The notes below the pieces were generated by a model, which saw nothing but the letters and a program-made list of their open reading frames with translations, did no database searches and was not told the DNA's origin. The position numbers were made by a program, and so were the translations under genes. This document shows positions 1 through 10,098 of a DNA stretch of 64,000 bases, piece by piece; positions within the stretch are counted from its first letter, which is position 1, and each line of letters starts with the position of its first letter. The stretch lies in contig DATFEP010000040.1 in the NCBI GenBank assembly GCA_035250975.1, positions 1 through 64,000 on the forward strand, given 5' to 3'. The stretch comes from Nitrososphaeraceae archaeon. Its GTDB lineage: Archaea; Thermoproteota; Nitrososphaeria; Nitrososphaerales; Nitrososphaeraceae.

Positions 1-519
1 CACATCAATAGCATCTTTAAATAAATCTTTTACATTTAATGGTTCAGTAACCATATGTACTGAATGATCTTTCCATTTCCATTCTTTAGGATCCCTATCG
101 CTATAAACTTCAATTCCATTAAAATCAGGATCATGCATGTATATTGATTCTGATACTGCATGATCTGTCATCCCTTCATAATATTCACGGTCAAGATTCT
201 TTTGTATATGTTTTAGAAAATATGCTAAATATCTTCTTTCTGGTAATAAAATAGCAAAGTGATATAATCCAGCTATCCTTGGTTTACGTTGAAATATGTA
301 AGAAGTAGTACTATCTTTTATTTCAGTTAATGCAACTAAATATTTAGATGAATCTCGGTTATTAGATGATGATAGAAAGACAGTATTCTCTTCTTGTCTT
401 ACTCTTTTAAATCCAAGAATAGACTTATAAAATTCAAGAGATCTTTCTAAATTTGGTACTCTAATATGTACATGATCTATCTTTAAGTCAGGACTTAGCA
501 ATATAAGAATAATACTCAT
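1..519 (-). CDS. VOC/glyoxalase family protein, CatE-like catechol 2,3-dioxygenase (3' end outside window)
   Basis: Manual translation: ...LKIDHVHIRVPNLERSLEFYKSILGF...AGLYHFAILLPER...DHAVSESIYMHDPDFNGIEVYSDRD. Open to the window edge, so absent from the ORF track. Confidence 0.85.
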   Translation of the reverse strand, partial: MSIILILLSPDLKIDHVHIRVPNLERSLEFYKSILGFKRVRQEENTVFLSSSNNRDSSKYLVALTEIKDSTTSYIFQRKPRIAGLYHFAILLPERRYLAYFLKHIQKNLDREYYEGMTDHAVSESIYMHDPDFNGIEVYSDRDPKEWKWKDHSVHMVTEPLNVKDLFKDAIDV

Positions 520-559
520 TATGAAATATTAAGGTAAAGTAATGCAACACTTCTGTTAG

Positions 560-897
560 TTTAAGCTCATTATATTTTCTCAACTTCTTTAACAACGTTT
601 TGATCTTACCAACAATTCATGGTTGTTCTGTCTATCATATGCTGATCTCGAAATACTTTTTAATTTGGGGAAAGAAGAGACTAGAAAAACTTTTCTCTGC
701 TACTGTAGTTAAAATAGTTGGAACATTGAATATCTTTGCTGCCTTTGCAAGACCTTCAGCATTATTAATTAGAATTTGTCCATCTATTTATTTAACTGCA
801 AATGCCATCTGTGGTTAAAAATCTATCATTATTAGGGTGCAGTTGCAGGAGTCAACAAGCTATGAATTTTATTACTGGCTAAGATTTCACTTGTCAT
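560..897 (-). pseudogene. YcaC-like isochorismatase-family hydrolase, disrupted and truncated
   Basis: Reverse strand reads MTSEIL..HSLLTP / CTLIMIDF*PQMAFAVK*IDGQILINNAEGLAKAAKIFNVPTILTTVAEKSFS..FPQI / VFRDQHMIDRTTMNCW*DQNVVKEVEK. YcaC motifs with three stops and two frameshifts. Confidence 0.8.
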
Positions 898-1032
898 TAA
901 ATTATATTATTGATAATAAATAAAAAGATTTGGTAACCATTTAGTAACATAGTGTGTACATATTCATATAATAAGTATTATTAAAATAATTAATGTGATA
1001 AACTATATACAAAAAATGAGTTATATTATTTA

Positions 1033-1380
1033 ATGTCTGAAGTACAATCGAAGATCTGTAAAGCTAGTGGCATAGTCGAAGCAATGGATAAAAAATGGTC
1101 TTTATCAATATTAAAAACTCTTGGCACAAGTTCACCTCTTCATTTTAATTAATTAAAAAAAATATTGTCAGGAATAAGTAATAAAGTTTTATCAGAAAGA
1201 TTGCAACAATTAGAAAGAGAGAAACTAGTGATAAAAATAATATCAAAAAATAAAGAATCTCGTGACATATTATATAGTCTTACTCCATTAGCATTAGAAT
1301 TTCATAAAACATTGCAAGACATAGAGAATTGGGTTGATAAGTGGAAAGATTATAAAAGAAAAGGACAAGAAAAAAAGTAA
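1033..1380 (+). pseudogene. HxlR/DUF24 winged-helix regulator with one in-frame stop
   Basis: ATG 1033: MSEVQSKICKASGIVEAMDKKWSLSILKTLGTSSPLHFN*(TAA 1150-1152)LKKILSGISNKVLSERLQQLE...YSLTPLA. N-terminal Cys and KW motif are typical of HxlR. Confidence 0.8.
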
Positions 1381-1401
1381 TTAGGCAATTGGTGATTTTT
1401 T

Positions 1402-2019
1402 GTGAGTAATAAAAATAACTGTAACTTGATAACAAAAATAGCAAAAACAGATTTTCCTATACACGACTTAATTGCTAGACGATGGAGTGCAAGAGCATTT
1501 TCGACAAAACCAGTAGAAAAATCAAAATTATTTTCTATTCTCGAAGCAGCTAGATGGGCACCATCATCAAGAAATGAACAGCCATGGCGTTACATAGTTT
1601 TTACTGATGATAATCCAGAGAAGCTTGATAAAGCAAGATCAGTTTTATTGGAAATAAACAATTATGCCAAACGAGCTCCAATTTTAATTTGTGCAATAAC
1701 AAAAAAAACTTATTCTGATAATAGAATTTATAATAAACTTCATTTCCATGATTTAGGAGCGGCAAATGAAAATATGTTTCTTGAATCATTCAATCAGGGG
1801 TTAATTATGCATGAAATGGGTGGATTTGATCGTGAAAAGGCCAGAGGAGTTTTCAATATTCCTGAAGACTATGAGGTTGGCATAATGATAGCAATAGGAT
1901 ACCAAGATTCTCATAAAATACTGCCTGAAAGATATCGAGAAAAACCAGATTCTCCAAGAGAAAGAAAACCGTTGTCAGAAATTGCGTTTCTTGAGGAATT
2001 GGGTAACGGTATAAGATAA
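1402..2019 (+). CDS. Nitroreductase family protein
   Basis: RRWSARAF, EAARWAPSSRNEQPWRY, HEMGGFD motifs. Confidence 0.92.
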   Translation: MSNKNNCNLITKIAKTDFPIHDLIARRWSARAFSTKPVEKSKLFSILEAARWAPSSRNEQPWRYIVFTDDNPEKLDKARSVLLEINNYAKRAPILICAITKKTYSDNRIYNKLHFHDLGAANENMFLESFNQGLIMHEMGGFDREKARGVFNIPEDYEVGIMIAIGYQDSHKILPERYREKPDSPRERKPLSEIAFLEELGNGIR

Positions 2020-2169
2020 TAATAAAAAATAGCGATTCTAATATTATAGAACTTTTCATTATAATTGAAAGTTATAGTATGAAAGCAACATAGCATGTCA
2101 TAAAACTTATACTTATTAATCAAGTGAAAAAGATTAGAGATTTATATCATATGACATATTTTATTTAAA

Positions 2170-2841
2170 ATGAGTGAAAATAGAAAAACCATTAACATAC
2201 TAATAGTATTTTACACTCGATATGGAAATACTGCCCGTATGGCCGAGGAAATCTCTCAAGGTATTAATGAGATACCTGAAACAAATGTGACACTTATACG
2301 AATTGCAGATGATGTTCCAATGGACGTAATATCGAAAAATCCATCATGGTCACAATTGGTTGAAAACCTAGATAAAAAATATCCTCCAGTGTCTGTAGAC
2401 GATCTTGTAGATAAGCTTCCAAAATATGATGCAATTATTTTTGGTTCACCAACGAGATTTGGCAATATGGCAGCACAAATGAAAACGTTATGGGATAGAA
2501 CAAGTCGCCTGTGGTTGAACGGATCTCTTATTGGAAAAGTAGGTGGCGTATTTACTAGTGCCGCTTCAGTTCATGGAGGACAAGAGTCAACAGCTATATC
2601 TATGATGTTCCCCATGTTGCATCATGGGATGATAATAGTTGGGGTTCCGTATTCCATACCTGAACTTACAGAGACGGGCAGTCCCTATAGTCCCAGTAGA
2701 ATAGTAGGACCTAAAGCTGATAGGCCTTTTGATGAGAAGGATATAAAAGTTGCAAAGGGATTTGGAAAAAGAATTGCAGAGATTACCTCTAAGTTAGTAA
2801 GAAAAGATGATAAAGACAATGCTGGCATAAAAGTATCCTAA
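2170..2841 (+). CDS. wrbA: NAD(P)H:quinone oxidoreductase WrbA
   Basis: YTRYGNT, DAIIFGSPTRFGNMAAQMK, SVHGGQEST, HHGMIIVG. Confidence 0.93.
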   Translation: MSENRKTINILIVFYTRYGNTARMAEEISQGINEIPETNVTLIRIADDVPMDVISKNPSWSQLVENLDKKYPPVSVDDLVDKLPKYDAIIFGSPTRFGNMAAQMKTLWDRTSRLWLNGSLIGKVGGVFTSAASVHGGQESTAISMMFPMLHHGMIIVGVPYSIPELTETGSPYSPSRIVGPKADRPFDEKDIKVAKGFGKRIAEITSKLVRKDDKDNAGIKVS

Positions 2842-3197
2842 TTATATGACTACAATGATATTTCTCTAAATCCAATCTAAAATCCTTTTTTTAATAAACA
2901 TAATGTTGTAAGGATTTTATTACTAATAATAGAACTCAATTAGAGTTTACCGTAAAAAAATTAAAACAAAATTTTATATATCTGTCTAATTTTTAGTAAA
3001 TTTCAAAAATGCATCTCATTATCTGCCACGAATTTTGTAGATTATCGTTCCTGTTAATGTCTTGATGCTGATACCCTCGTAGAAGACATTTTGTCCCTTG
3101 AATCACATACTTGTCGTTTATTTTGAAACTAACAACGTATATACCATTGAAATAAATGCCATTAATCATAGAAATCCTAATGTTAAAATTTGTTATC

Positions 3198-3353
3198 CTA
3201 TCTAGCTTTTATAGGTTCGTCTTCTATAATATCTAACCCATAGACAGAAGCAATTATTGCCTTAGCCCTATTATAGGATTCAGATGTACTAATTAGCTTT
3301 TGCCTTTCTTTGCTCTGATTCTTTTTTATCTTAGGACGATGAGTTATTCTCAT
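3198..3353 (-). CDS. Small basic hypothetical protein (51 aa)
   Basis: ATG...TAG open frame MRITHRPKIKKNQSKERQKLISTSESYNRAKAIIASVYGLDIIEDEPIKAR; no recognised family. Confidence 0.35.
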   Translation of the reverse strand: MRITHRPKIKKNQSKERQKLISTSESYNRAKAIIASVYGLDIIEDEPIKAR

Positions 3354-3949
3354 AATAATAATACGACATTATCATTAATATGTGTTGTACAACATACGTC
3401 CAAAATAATGGTATTAATATATTTATTATTGATTGCTAAAAGTTACTATTAGGCATATATGTCGGTTTACTATAACTTTTATATATTTTTAAGTACTCGT
3501 GACTTACCTTAATATATTGAGACAGCTGCCAGAATATTTGAGGATATAAATTTTGATTTGTATCATAATTCTATTTCTTAAAACCTCAGAGTGGTGGTAA
3601 TAGATTGAGCAACAATATCACAGAATTAGAACTTTCTCAAAAACTTCAAAATGAGCAAATAATTACAGATTTCGATTTTGACCTTGAAGATAAACATTTT
3701 GTTCTTCAACTGAATTACATATTCCAGGATTCTGTTTTTATATATAGCAGTTGATTATCTTAACAATAGTAAAACACTAGATGAACTGATAAAACAAGAA
3801 TCAATTTTTTGCTATTTAATATATTCAACAAATATAAAAAACAAAATAGCACATTGAATGAAATCATGCTATGAAGACGCTATTAGTTTATTTAGCAAAA
3901 GTTAGTAAAATGATCTGGATTTATTAGATACTAATGTATTACCATTTTA

Positions 3950-4504
3950 ATGATATATCAATATTTTTGGATTATATTCACCTTATCTATATTAGTTGCA
4001 AGCATTGGTTTTGGTTATGTGATTTCTCCATCTTATAGTCAATCCAATCTTACTGACTCACAAGATCAAGAAGCAATAGTAAAGGCCAACCTTGAAAGAT
4101 TTGATGCATTAGACTTTGAAGCCTTTAGCAAACAAAACTGGACGCTTTTTAATGAAATCCATGCTCCAGATGTATTGGTTGTATGGCCAGATGGGAGACA
4201 GACTGTTGGTATCGAACAACATGATAAAGACATTATGGATATGTTCGTCTATGCTCCAGATACTGAAATAAAAGTTCACCCCATTAAGTTTGGTTCTGGT
4301 AACTGGACAGCCGTGACAGGATCCATGACTGGCACCTTCTCTGAACCAATGCCTATTGCAAATGGTAGTATGATACCACCAACAGGAAAACAGTTCAACC
4401 TCACGATGGCTACGATAGCACAATGGGACGATGGCAGAATAACTGAAGAGCATTTATTCTGGGATAATGATGCATTTATGAAACAGATAGGATTAAGTGA
4501 GTGA
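3950..4504 (+). CDS. Secreted/anchored SnoaL-like (ester cyclase, NTF2 fold) protein
   Basis: N-terminal hydrophobic signal; FDALDFEAF..W, HPIKFGSGNWT, PPTGKQF, EEHLFWDN. Confidence 0.85.
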   Translation: MIYQYFWIIFTLSILVASIGFGYVISPSYSQSNLTDSQDQEAIVKANLERFDALDFEAFSKQNWTLFNEIHAPDVLVVWPDGRQTVGIEQHDKDIMDMFVYAPDTEIKVHPIKFGSGNWTAVTGSMTGTFSEPMPIANGSMIPPTGKQFNLTMATIAQWDDGRITEEHLFWDNDAFMKQIGLSE

Positions 4505-4544
4505 TCGTTAACTATATACAATCAGCTATTTTTTAAACTAACAT

Positions 4545-4855
4545 AATACTCTACTTTTACGTCTGTAACCTTCTTGGTATTCTTAAGAAGAAGCTCCATA
4601 AATCTTCTGTCACTAACGTTTTTGGGTTGCCATTTCTCCAAGGACTTCATGAGCCAGGCTCTCAGGATCTAAAGGAATCCGTCCTCCAACTGGGCTAGCT
4701 ATATCCATTGAAAATCCAGCCTGCTCAGCAACATCCCAAAAGTGCGTCAGCTCCCCGAGCCAAAGTCCAGTCCTCATACCAACTTTCTCATATTCACCAG
4801 CATTAGTAACGATAACCAGGATCTTCTTCGTGCCTTCTTCCTTTCTTTATGTCAT
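4545..4855 (-). pseudogene. DJ-1/PfpI (Hsp31-like class I glutamine amidotransferase-like) fragment
   Basis: Reverse strand MT*RKEEGTKKILVIVTNAGEYEKVGMRTGLWLGELTHFWDVAEQAGFSMDIASPVGGRIPLDPESL..., then a frameshift and truncation before the catalytic Cys region. Confidence 0.8.
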
Positions 4856-4935
4856 GAAATAAGAAAAGAGCGATTGTCGGTAAAAAGATTAGCTCATGTT
4901 ATTATATCATCAATCTTTACAATGCAGACTATACT

Positions 4936-5262
4936 ATGAGTAAGTGGAAGTTTTCTTTTCCTATTGATGGTCTTCATGATGTAATAAAACAGAAAGATCC
5001 CAAGAAAGGTCCGATTATTAAGATTGATGAGGTATTATTTCATTATCGTGGAGATAACGAACGAGTTGGAACAGTTACTATAGAAGCTAATACTGTGGAA
5101 GAAGCAGAAAAAGAATCAAAATACTTGTTAGATAAAGCATTAGGAAAAATCTGTTTTGTATTCAATGTAGAAGCATCTATTTCTCGAGAAGGATTCTATT
5201 TTGTAGATTTAATAAATAATCCAGATGTAGAAAGCGTTTGCAATTTTCACAGAAGTTTTTAA
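4936..5262 (+). CDS. Hypothetical protein, possibly a truncated fragment
   Basis: 108-aa ORF with plausible composition; coding-like sequence continues downstream in other frames. Confidence 0.45.
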   Translation: MSKWKFSFPIDGLHDVIKQKDPKKGPIIKIDEVLFHYRGDNERVGTVTIEANTVEEAEKESKYLLDKALGKICFVFNVEASISREGFYFVDLINNPDVESVCNFHRSF

Positions 5263-5505
5263 AAACATAAAGCGAACAGTCAAAGAATTAAAAGGATATG
5301 CAATTTTGGAAAATATAGAAAATGGTAGAGAAACTATTGTTCTAACCTTTCCGGATACTAGAGAAGATATGGAAAATTACTATTCTAAAGATAACAATAT
5401 TTTATCTGATCTAGTAGGGAGTCAAACCAATGTTTGAACAAATGCCGGAAAGATATTATGAAATAGAATTATTTGAATTAGACCAATACTTCTTTAAAAT
5501 CTAAT

Positions 5506-6258
5506 TTATATTGAAAAATTATTTGATATCCATTTTCTTGCAAGAAGTATATCTTCTTGAATTAAATTGTGACTTGAATTCTGCCATTTTAACATGATAT
5601 TTGCATTAGTTTTTTGAAGTAATCTAAAAAGATTTTCTGTTTCAGTTCTAGAAACTATAGGATCATTTACTTCTGCAGATAATAGTATTTTTTTGTTTGA
5701 AAGATTAGGTAAAGGATTAGGAACTAAGGGTATCATTGCTCTGAAAAGAATGGCACCTTGAAGTACCTCAGGACGCAGAAGTAGTAAACTGGTGGCAATA
5801 TTAGCTCCATTTGAAAATCCTACCGCTATTGTTTGGTTTAAATCAAATTTATAATGCAAAGAACACTTTTGAATAAATTCAGCAAGCTCAAGAGTTCTAA
5901 ATTTAAGATCTTCAACATCAAAGACTCCTTCAGCCAATCTTCTAAAGAAGCGAGGCATACCATTTTCCAATACTTTACCTCTAGGACTTAATATTGATGC
6001 ATTAGGGTCAATTTCCTTTCCAAGGAAAATAAGATCTTCTTCATTTCCACCTGTTCCATGTAGTAAAACAAATGTTATTTTCTTATTTGTTTCATCATAT
6101 TCCTTTTTATTTTCGTTGGAACTATTAGTAGAAGAATAAGAAGTATCAGCAAAAATATGATGAAATCCAAAATCGTTCGATTTAATCATTTTGCTGGTGC
6201 TATAGTTTATTCCCTTTATTTTGATTATTGAAATAATAATATTTTTATCAAAAACCAA
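5506..6258 (-). CDS. Alpha/beta hydrolase (phospholipase/carboxylesterase, MhqD-like)
   Basis: LLHGTGGNEEDL, SPRGKVLENGMPRFFRR, GFSNGANIA nucleophile elbow; true start probably ~6189. Confidence 0.9.
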   Translation of the reverse strand: MVFDKNIIISIIKIKGINYSTSKMIKSNDFGFHHIFADTSYSSTNSSNENKKEYDETNKKITFVLLHGTGGNEEDLIFLGKEIDPNASILSPRGKVLENGMPRFFRRLAEGVFDVEDLKFRTLELAEFIQKCSLHYKFDLNQTIAVGFSNGANIATSLLLLRPEVLQGAILFRAMIPLVPNPLPNLSNKKILLSAEVNDPIVSRTETENLFRLLQKTNANIMLKWQNSSHNLIQEDILLARKWISNNFSI

Positions 6259-6312
6259 TTCTGTCTATTGTAGGATAAAACTTTAATAATTCAACTGACC
6301 CCTTATACCATA

Positions 6313-6408
6313 TGGGGCCAGTGGGATTTGAACCCACGACCGCCAGCGCCCCAGGCTTATACCTTCAAGTTGAAGATGGTATCCTGATCCAAGCTAGACG
6401 ATAGCCCC
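6313..6408 (-). tRNA. tRNA-Pro(GGG) with 20-nt non-canonical intron at 29/30 (intron 6357-6376)
   Basis: Acceptor stem GGGGCTA/TGGCCCC, T-arm GTGGG-TTCAAAT-CCCAC. Removing TCTTCAACTTGAAGGTATAA restores the arm CCAGC-CT-GGG-GC-GCTGG. Full BHB motif. Confidence 0.92.
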
Positions 6409-6681
6409 TCAAATTATTCAAATAAATGAATGCTATTATTAAATGTACACTGAAATTATTAACCAAATGAAATTCATTTTTTCTTCCACAAATCAAATTA
6501 TTAGTTGATTAGCAAGACATTTTTATTTGATTTTATATATGTGTGATTTATTTTTCTTTTTGTTACATAAATAATGATCAATTAGATGTTACCAATTGAG
6601 GATAAACATATAGTTATGTTATTGAATCAATAATTTCATTATTTAATAATATATAATTTAATTATAGATCCTCTTTTTTTA

Positions 6682-7470
6682 TTAAACCGCCTTCATCCTC
6701 TTAAACGATAACATTCCGAATAGGCCAAATCCTAAAGTAAAACCAAATAATATCAAAACATCATACTCAAAGATAAAATTTCCTGTTCCTAGCATTGAAA
6801 TTCTTAGGGCATCTACTGCATATGTTGCCGGATCAACAGATGTTAATACATATAACCATTGTGGCAAATTTTGTAGCGGAAATAAAGCACCACTCAAAAA
6901 AAATAGAGGAAAAACAACAAAACTTACGATCATCTGAAATCCTTCCAAGCTGTACATATAACTTCCTAAACCCAGACCAAGCGAAGTCAACAGAAAAGAT
7001 AGTAAAAGGCTAATAAAAATAATTTGTATTAGCGACAGAGCAGAATAGTCAACTCCTATTAAGAATCCAATAAACAGTAACACAATAACCTGTATCATTG
7101 AATTTGTCATTCCCCCTATGGTTTTCCCTAAAAATATGACCTCTCTCCTTACAGGAGTCACCATTACACTCTTTAGAAAGTCAAATTTTCTATCCCATAT
7201 TATGTAGGCTCCATAAAAAACTGACGTAAATATTATAGACATACTAACTATGCCTGGAAAAATAAACAATTGATAACTAAATTCACTACCAGTAGAAGTA
7301 TTAGTAGATGATCCTAGGCCTGAACCAACAATAAATAACCATAATAAAGGTGTAAATAATGAAGCTATTAACCTGCTCTTCTCTCTTAAGAAAACCTTGA
7401 TCTCCCTTAACCAGATAGCATAAATATTTTTGATAACAGAATAACTTGTCTTTGCTATGGTACTTTTCAA
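6682..7470 (-). CDS. ABC-2 type transporter permease
   Basis: FIFPGIVSMSIIF, FPLFFLSGALFPL..LPQWL...DPATYAVDALR. Confidence 0.92.
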   Translation of the reverse strand: MKSTIAKTSYSVIKNIYAIWLREIKVFLREKSRLIASLFTPLLWLFIVGSGLGSSTNTSTGSEFSYQLFIFPGIVSMSIIFTSVFYGAYIIWDRKFDFLKSVMVTPVRREVIFLGKTIGGMTNSMIQVIVLLFIGFLIGVDYSALSLIQIIFISLLLSFLLTSLGLGLGSYMYSLEGFQMIVSFVVFPLFFLSGALFPLQNLPQWLYVLTSVDPATYAVDALRISMLGTGNFIFEYDVLILFGFTLGFGLFGMLSFKRMKAV

Positions 7471-7497
7471 ATCAGCTTCATCTCCATTTAAATAATT

Positions 7498-8508
7498 CTA
7501 GTCATATTGTGCATACCTTTCCATGAATCCCCCTTCTGGTTGTTCATCTATATTTTCATTTGTAAATTTATAAAAGACGTCATTCAGTGTGGTCTCAGAA
7601 AATTCCACTGATTCTACATTATCTAATACTTTCAATAAAACCGGTAAATTGAACCTTGCATTCTTAACAGTCAACGTCAATAGATTATTGTCTAATCTAA
7701 AGTCATGTACAAAATCAAATCTTTTTATAGTTTTTAAAATGAATTTGTTACTATTATCTCCAACTTTGATATTAACACTGTCTCTGTCTGTATTTTTAAA
7801 TGTTAGTTTTACAATATCTCCTCCAACTTTTCTATTTATCATACTTTTTAACTTCGAAGGAGTATCAATAGCGATGATCTTTCCCTTATTAATGAAGCCT
7901 ATTCTGTCACAAAGAAGATCCGCCTCCTCCATATAATGTGTTGTTAGTATGACAGTTATCTTTTCTTCTCTTACCAGTTCTTGGATATATTTCCACATAA
8001 GTTTCCTGCTATTAGGATCTAATCCAAGGGTAGGCTCATCCAAGAAAATAACTTTGGGTCTGTGTATTAACCCCCGTGCAATTTCCAACCTTCTTCTCAT
8101 ACCCCCAGAATATTTCTTGACGAGATCATTTTTTCTCTCACTAAGGCCCACCAATTCTAACAACTCTAAAATTCTTTTTTCCCTATCTTTGCTTGAGATA
8201 TTATAAAGATATGAATAAATTTTCAAATTTTCATAACCAGTTAGCATATCATCGCTGCTGGGAGCTTGAAAAACAATTCCTATGTTGTCCCTTACCTTTG
8301 ATGGATGTTTGACTATGTCATAGTCATTAATAGTGGCTGTACCACTGGTAGGCTTTAACAAGGTGGCTAACATATGTATAGTTGTAGTCTTACCTGCACC
8401 ATTCTGACCTAAAAGTCCGAATACCTCATTCTCTTGGATAGTCAGGGAGATGTTATCAACAGCAGTAAAATTATCAAATTTTTTGGTAAGCTCTTTTAGT
8501 ATAATCAA
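7498..8508 (-). CDS. ABC exporter ATP-binding subunit (DrrA-like)
   Basis: Walker A GQNGAGKTT, signature YSGGMRRR, Walker B FLDEPTLGLD, H-loop TTHYMEEA. Confidence 0.95.
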   Translation of the reverse strand: MIILKELTKKFDNFTAVDNISLTIQENEVFGLLGQNGAGKTTTIHMLATLLKPTSGTATINDYDIVKHPSKVRDNIGIVFQAPSSDDMLTGYENLKIYSYLYNISSKDREKRILELLELVGLSERKNDLVKKYSGGMRRRLEIARGLIHRPKVIFLDEPTLGLDPNSRKLMWKYIQELVREEKITVILTTHYMEEADLLCDRIGFINKGKIIAIDTPSKLKSMINRKVGGDIVKLTFKNTDRDSVNIKVGDNSNKFILKTIKRFDFVHDFRLDNNLLTLTVKNARFNLPVLLKVLDNVESVEFSETTLNDVFYKFTNENIDEQPEGGFMERYAQYD

Positions 8509-8728
8509 AATATAATAGCAAATAATAGAGTATTACGTATTAATCTTATCAAATCCCCATTAAATTCTACCCATTCACGTATCTACGAACCTCCTTTGTC
8601 AATTCTTTTTACAGTCTTTCTTATCTTCAAACGAAATAACATCATGTATGTTATAGTGAAACTTAGATTAAATAAATTTATGATACAACTAATATAATAT
8701 AAAAACAATATTTTGATAAGTAAAACAG

Positions 8729-9925
8729 GTGTCATCTTACGAAGATATTAAAAGACGGTTAGAAAAATATTGGATAGACCATCTTAATAAAAATATAAAA
8801 AATTTTTCTTCAAGTATTTCTGGCGCTAGTCCACCATCTGTTTTTGTAGGACAATATGGATATCCTAGAGTAAATTTAGGTCCTATGGTGCCTCCACTAC
8901 ATGGAGATACAAAGGTTTTGGATTCTCCAGAAATGTGGATTGGAAAAAATCTACAGGAAATTCTAGATTATCGTTTATCTCTTGTACGTGGTGTAAATTC
9001 CTTTAAGGTGACAGACGTTAATCAAAGATTCATCACGTCTTTACAGGAATTAATAATGTCTTCCAAACCCGCAGAAAGCGAAATGAATTTCCACTCCAAA
9101 TCCCAGTTATATTCGAATATTTTCAGTCAAAATTCTAGTTTCAACTTTGAATCCCCTCCTTTCGGACCCAAAGTTGATCTAAAATCTTTTAAGGTATCAT
9201 CTATAACTACAAACAAAAAAATTGAATATTATTTTTCTGATGGTGATATTAAAGCCGCTAAGGCAGTAGTAGAACTTTACAAAAATGGGATTGAGATTAG
9301 TCAAATAAATAAGATATTGAGTCTAGGTATGCTCGGAAAAAAGAAGAATAGAAAACTAGTTCCAACTAGATGGAGCATCTCTGCAACAGATGACATAATA
9401 TCTTCATATTTAATCAAAGAATTAGAACATAATCCTTCAATAGATTCATTTACAGTTTTGAAGTATAACCACTTTTCAAATTATTACTCTGTAATTTTAC
9501 TTCCAAGTGAAGTCTGGAGTTTTGAAATGGTTGAAGCTTGGTACGATGATATGAATAAAAAATTTGTATTAGAATCAGATTTTGAAGATGCAAATGGTTT
9601 AGATCATTATCCAAAGATTGCAGGAGCTTACTTTGCAGCAAGATTAGGGGTTGCAGAATATTTGTCAATAATGAAAAGAAAAAGTACTGTATTGATCTTT
9701 AGAGAGATACATCCAGATTATATCATTCCTCTTGGAGTGTGGCAAATAAGAGAAGGGATAAGAGAAGTTCTACGAAGAGGATCGGCTGAGATCTTTGATG
9801 ATTTTCAATCTGCGCTAATGTACTCATGCAAAGATTTCAAAGTCTCTATTTCGGATTGGTTAAATAAAAGTAAACTTTACAAAAATTATGGACAACAGCT
9901 CAGAATATCTCAGTTTTTTAAATAA
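8729..9925 (+). CDS. nreA: Archaeal DNA repair protein Nre with C-terminal PCNA-interacting (PIP) motif
   Basis: SPPSVFVGQYGYP, RKLVPTRWSISATDD, GAYFAARLGVAEYL, PLGVWQIRE; C-terminal QLRISQFF. Confidence 0.9.
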   Translation: MSSYEDIKRRLEKYWIDHLNKNIKNFSSSISGASPPSVFVGQYGYPRVNLGPMVPPLHGDTKVLDSPEMWIGKNLQEILDYRLSLVRGVNSFKVTDVNQRFITSLQELIMSSKPAESEMNFHSKSQLYSNIFSQNSSFNFESPPFGPKVDLKSFKVSSITTNKKIEYYFSDGDIKAAKAVVELYKNGIEISQINKILSLGMLGKKKNRKLVPTRWSISATDDIISSYLIKELEHNPSIDSFTVLKYNHFSNYYSVILLPSEVWSFEMVEAWYDDMNKKFVLESDFEDANGLDHYPKIAGAYFAARLGVAEYLSIMKRKSTVLIFREIHPDYIIPLGVWQIREGIREVLRRGSAEIFDDFQSALMYSCKDFKVSISDWLNKSKLYKNYGQQLRISQFFK

Positions 9926-10098
9926 TTATAGGAAACATTTAAAAATTGTAATTAAACTAAAAACTCAAATATCATTATTTTTGTTTCTGTTACTTTATGG
10001 ATATTATATACAAATTTCTTCTAAAAGTAACTATCAGCAACTTTTAGTCTTAGACTATTCCCCCCTTTATTTTCTTCTATAATTTTATTGTTTCTATA

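Noticed and set aside
600-818. 72-aa + strand ORF
   Set aside because: Antisense shadow of the YcaC-like pseudogene
1150-1152. Possible recoded stop (Sec/Pyl or readthrough) in HxlR
   Set aside because: The codon is TAA, not TGA/TAG; neighbouring genes are also decaying, so simple nonsense or error is more likely
4742-4939. 65-aa + strand ORF
   Set aside because: Antisense to the DJ-1/PfpI fragment; no independent coding signal
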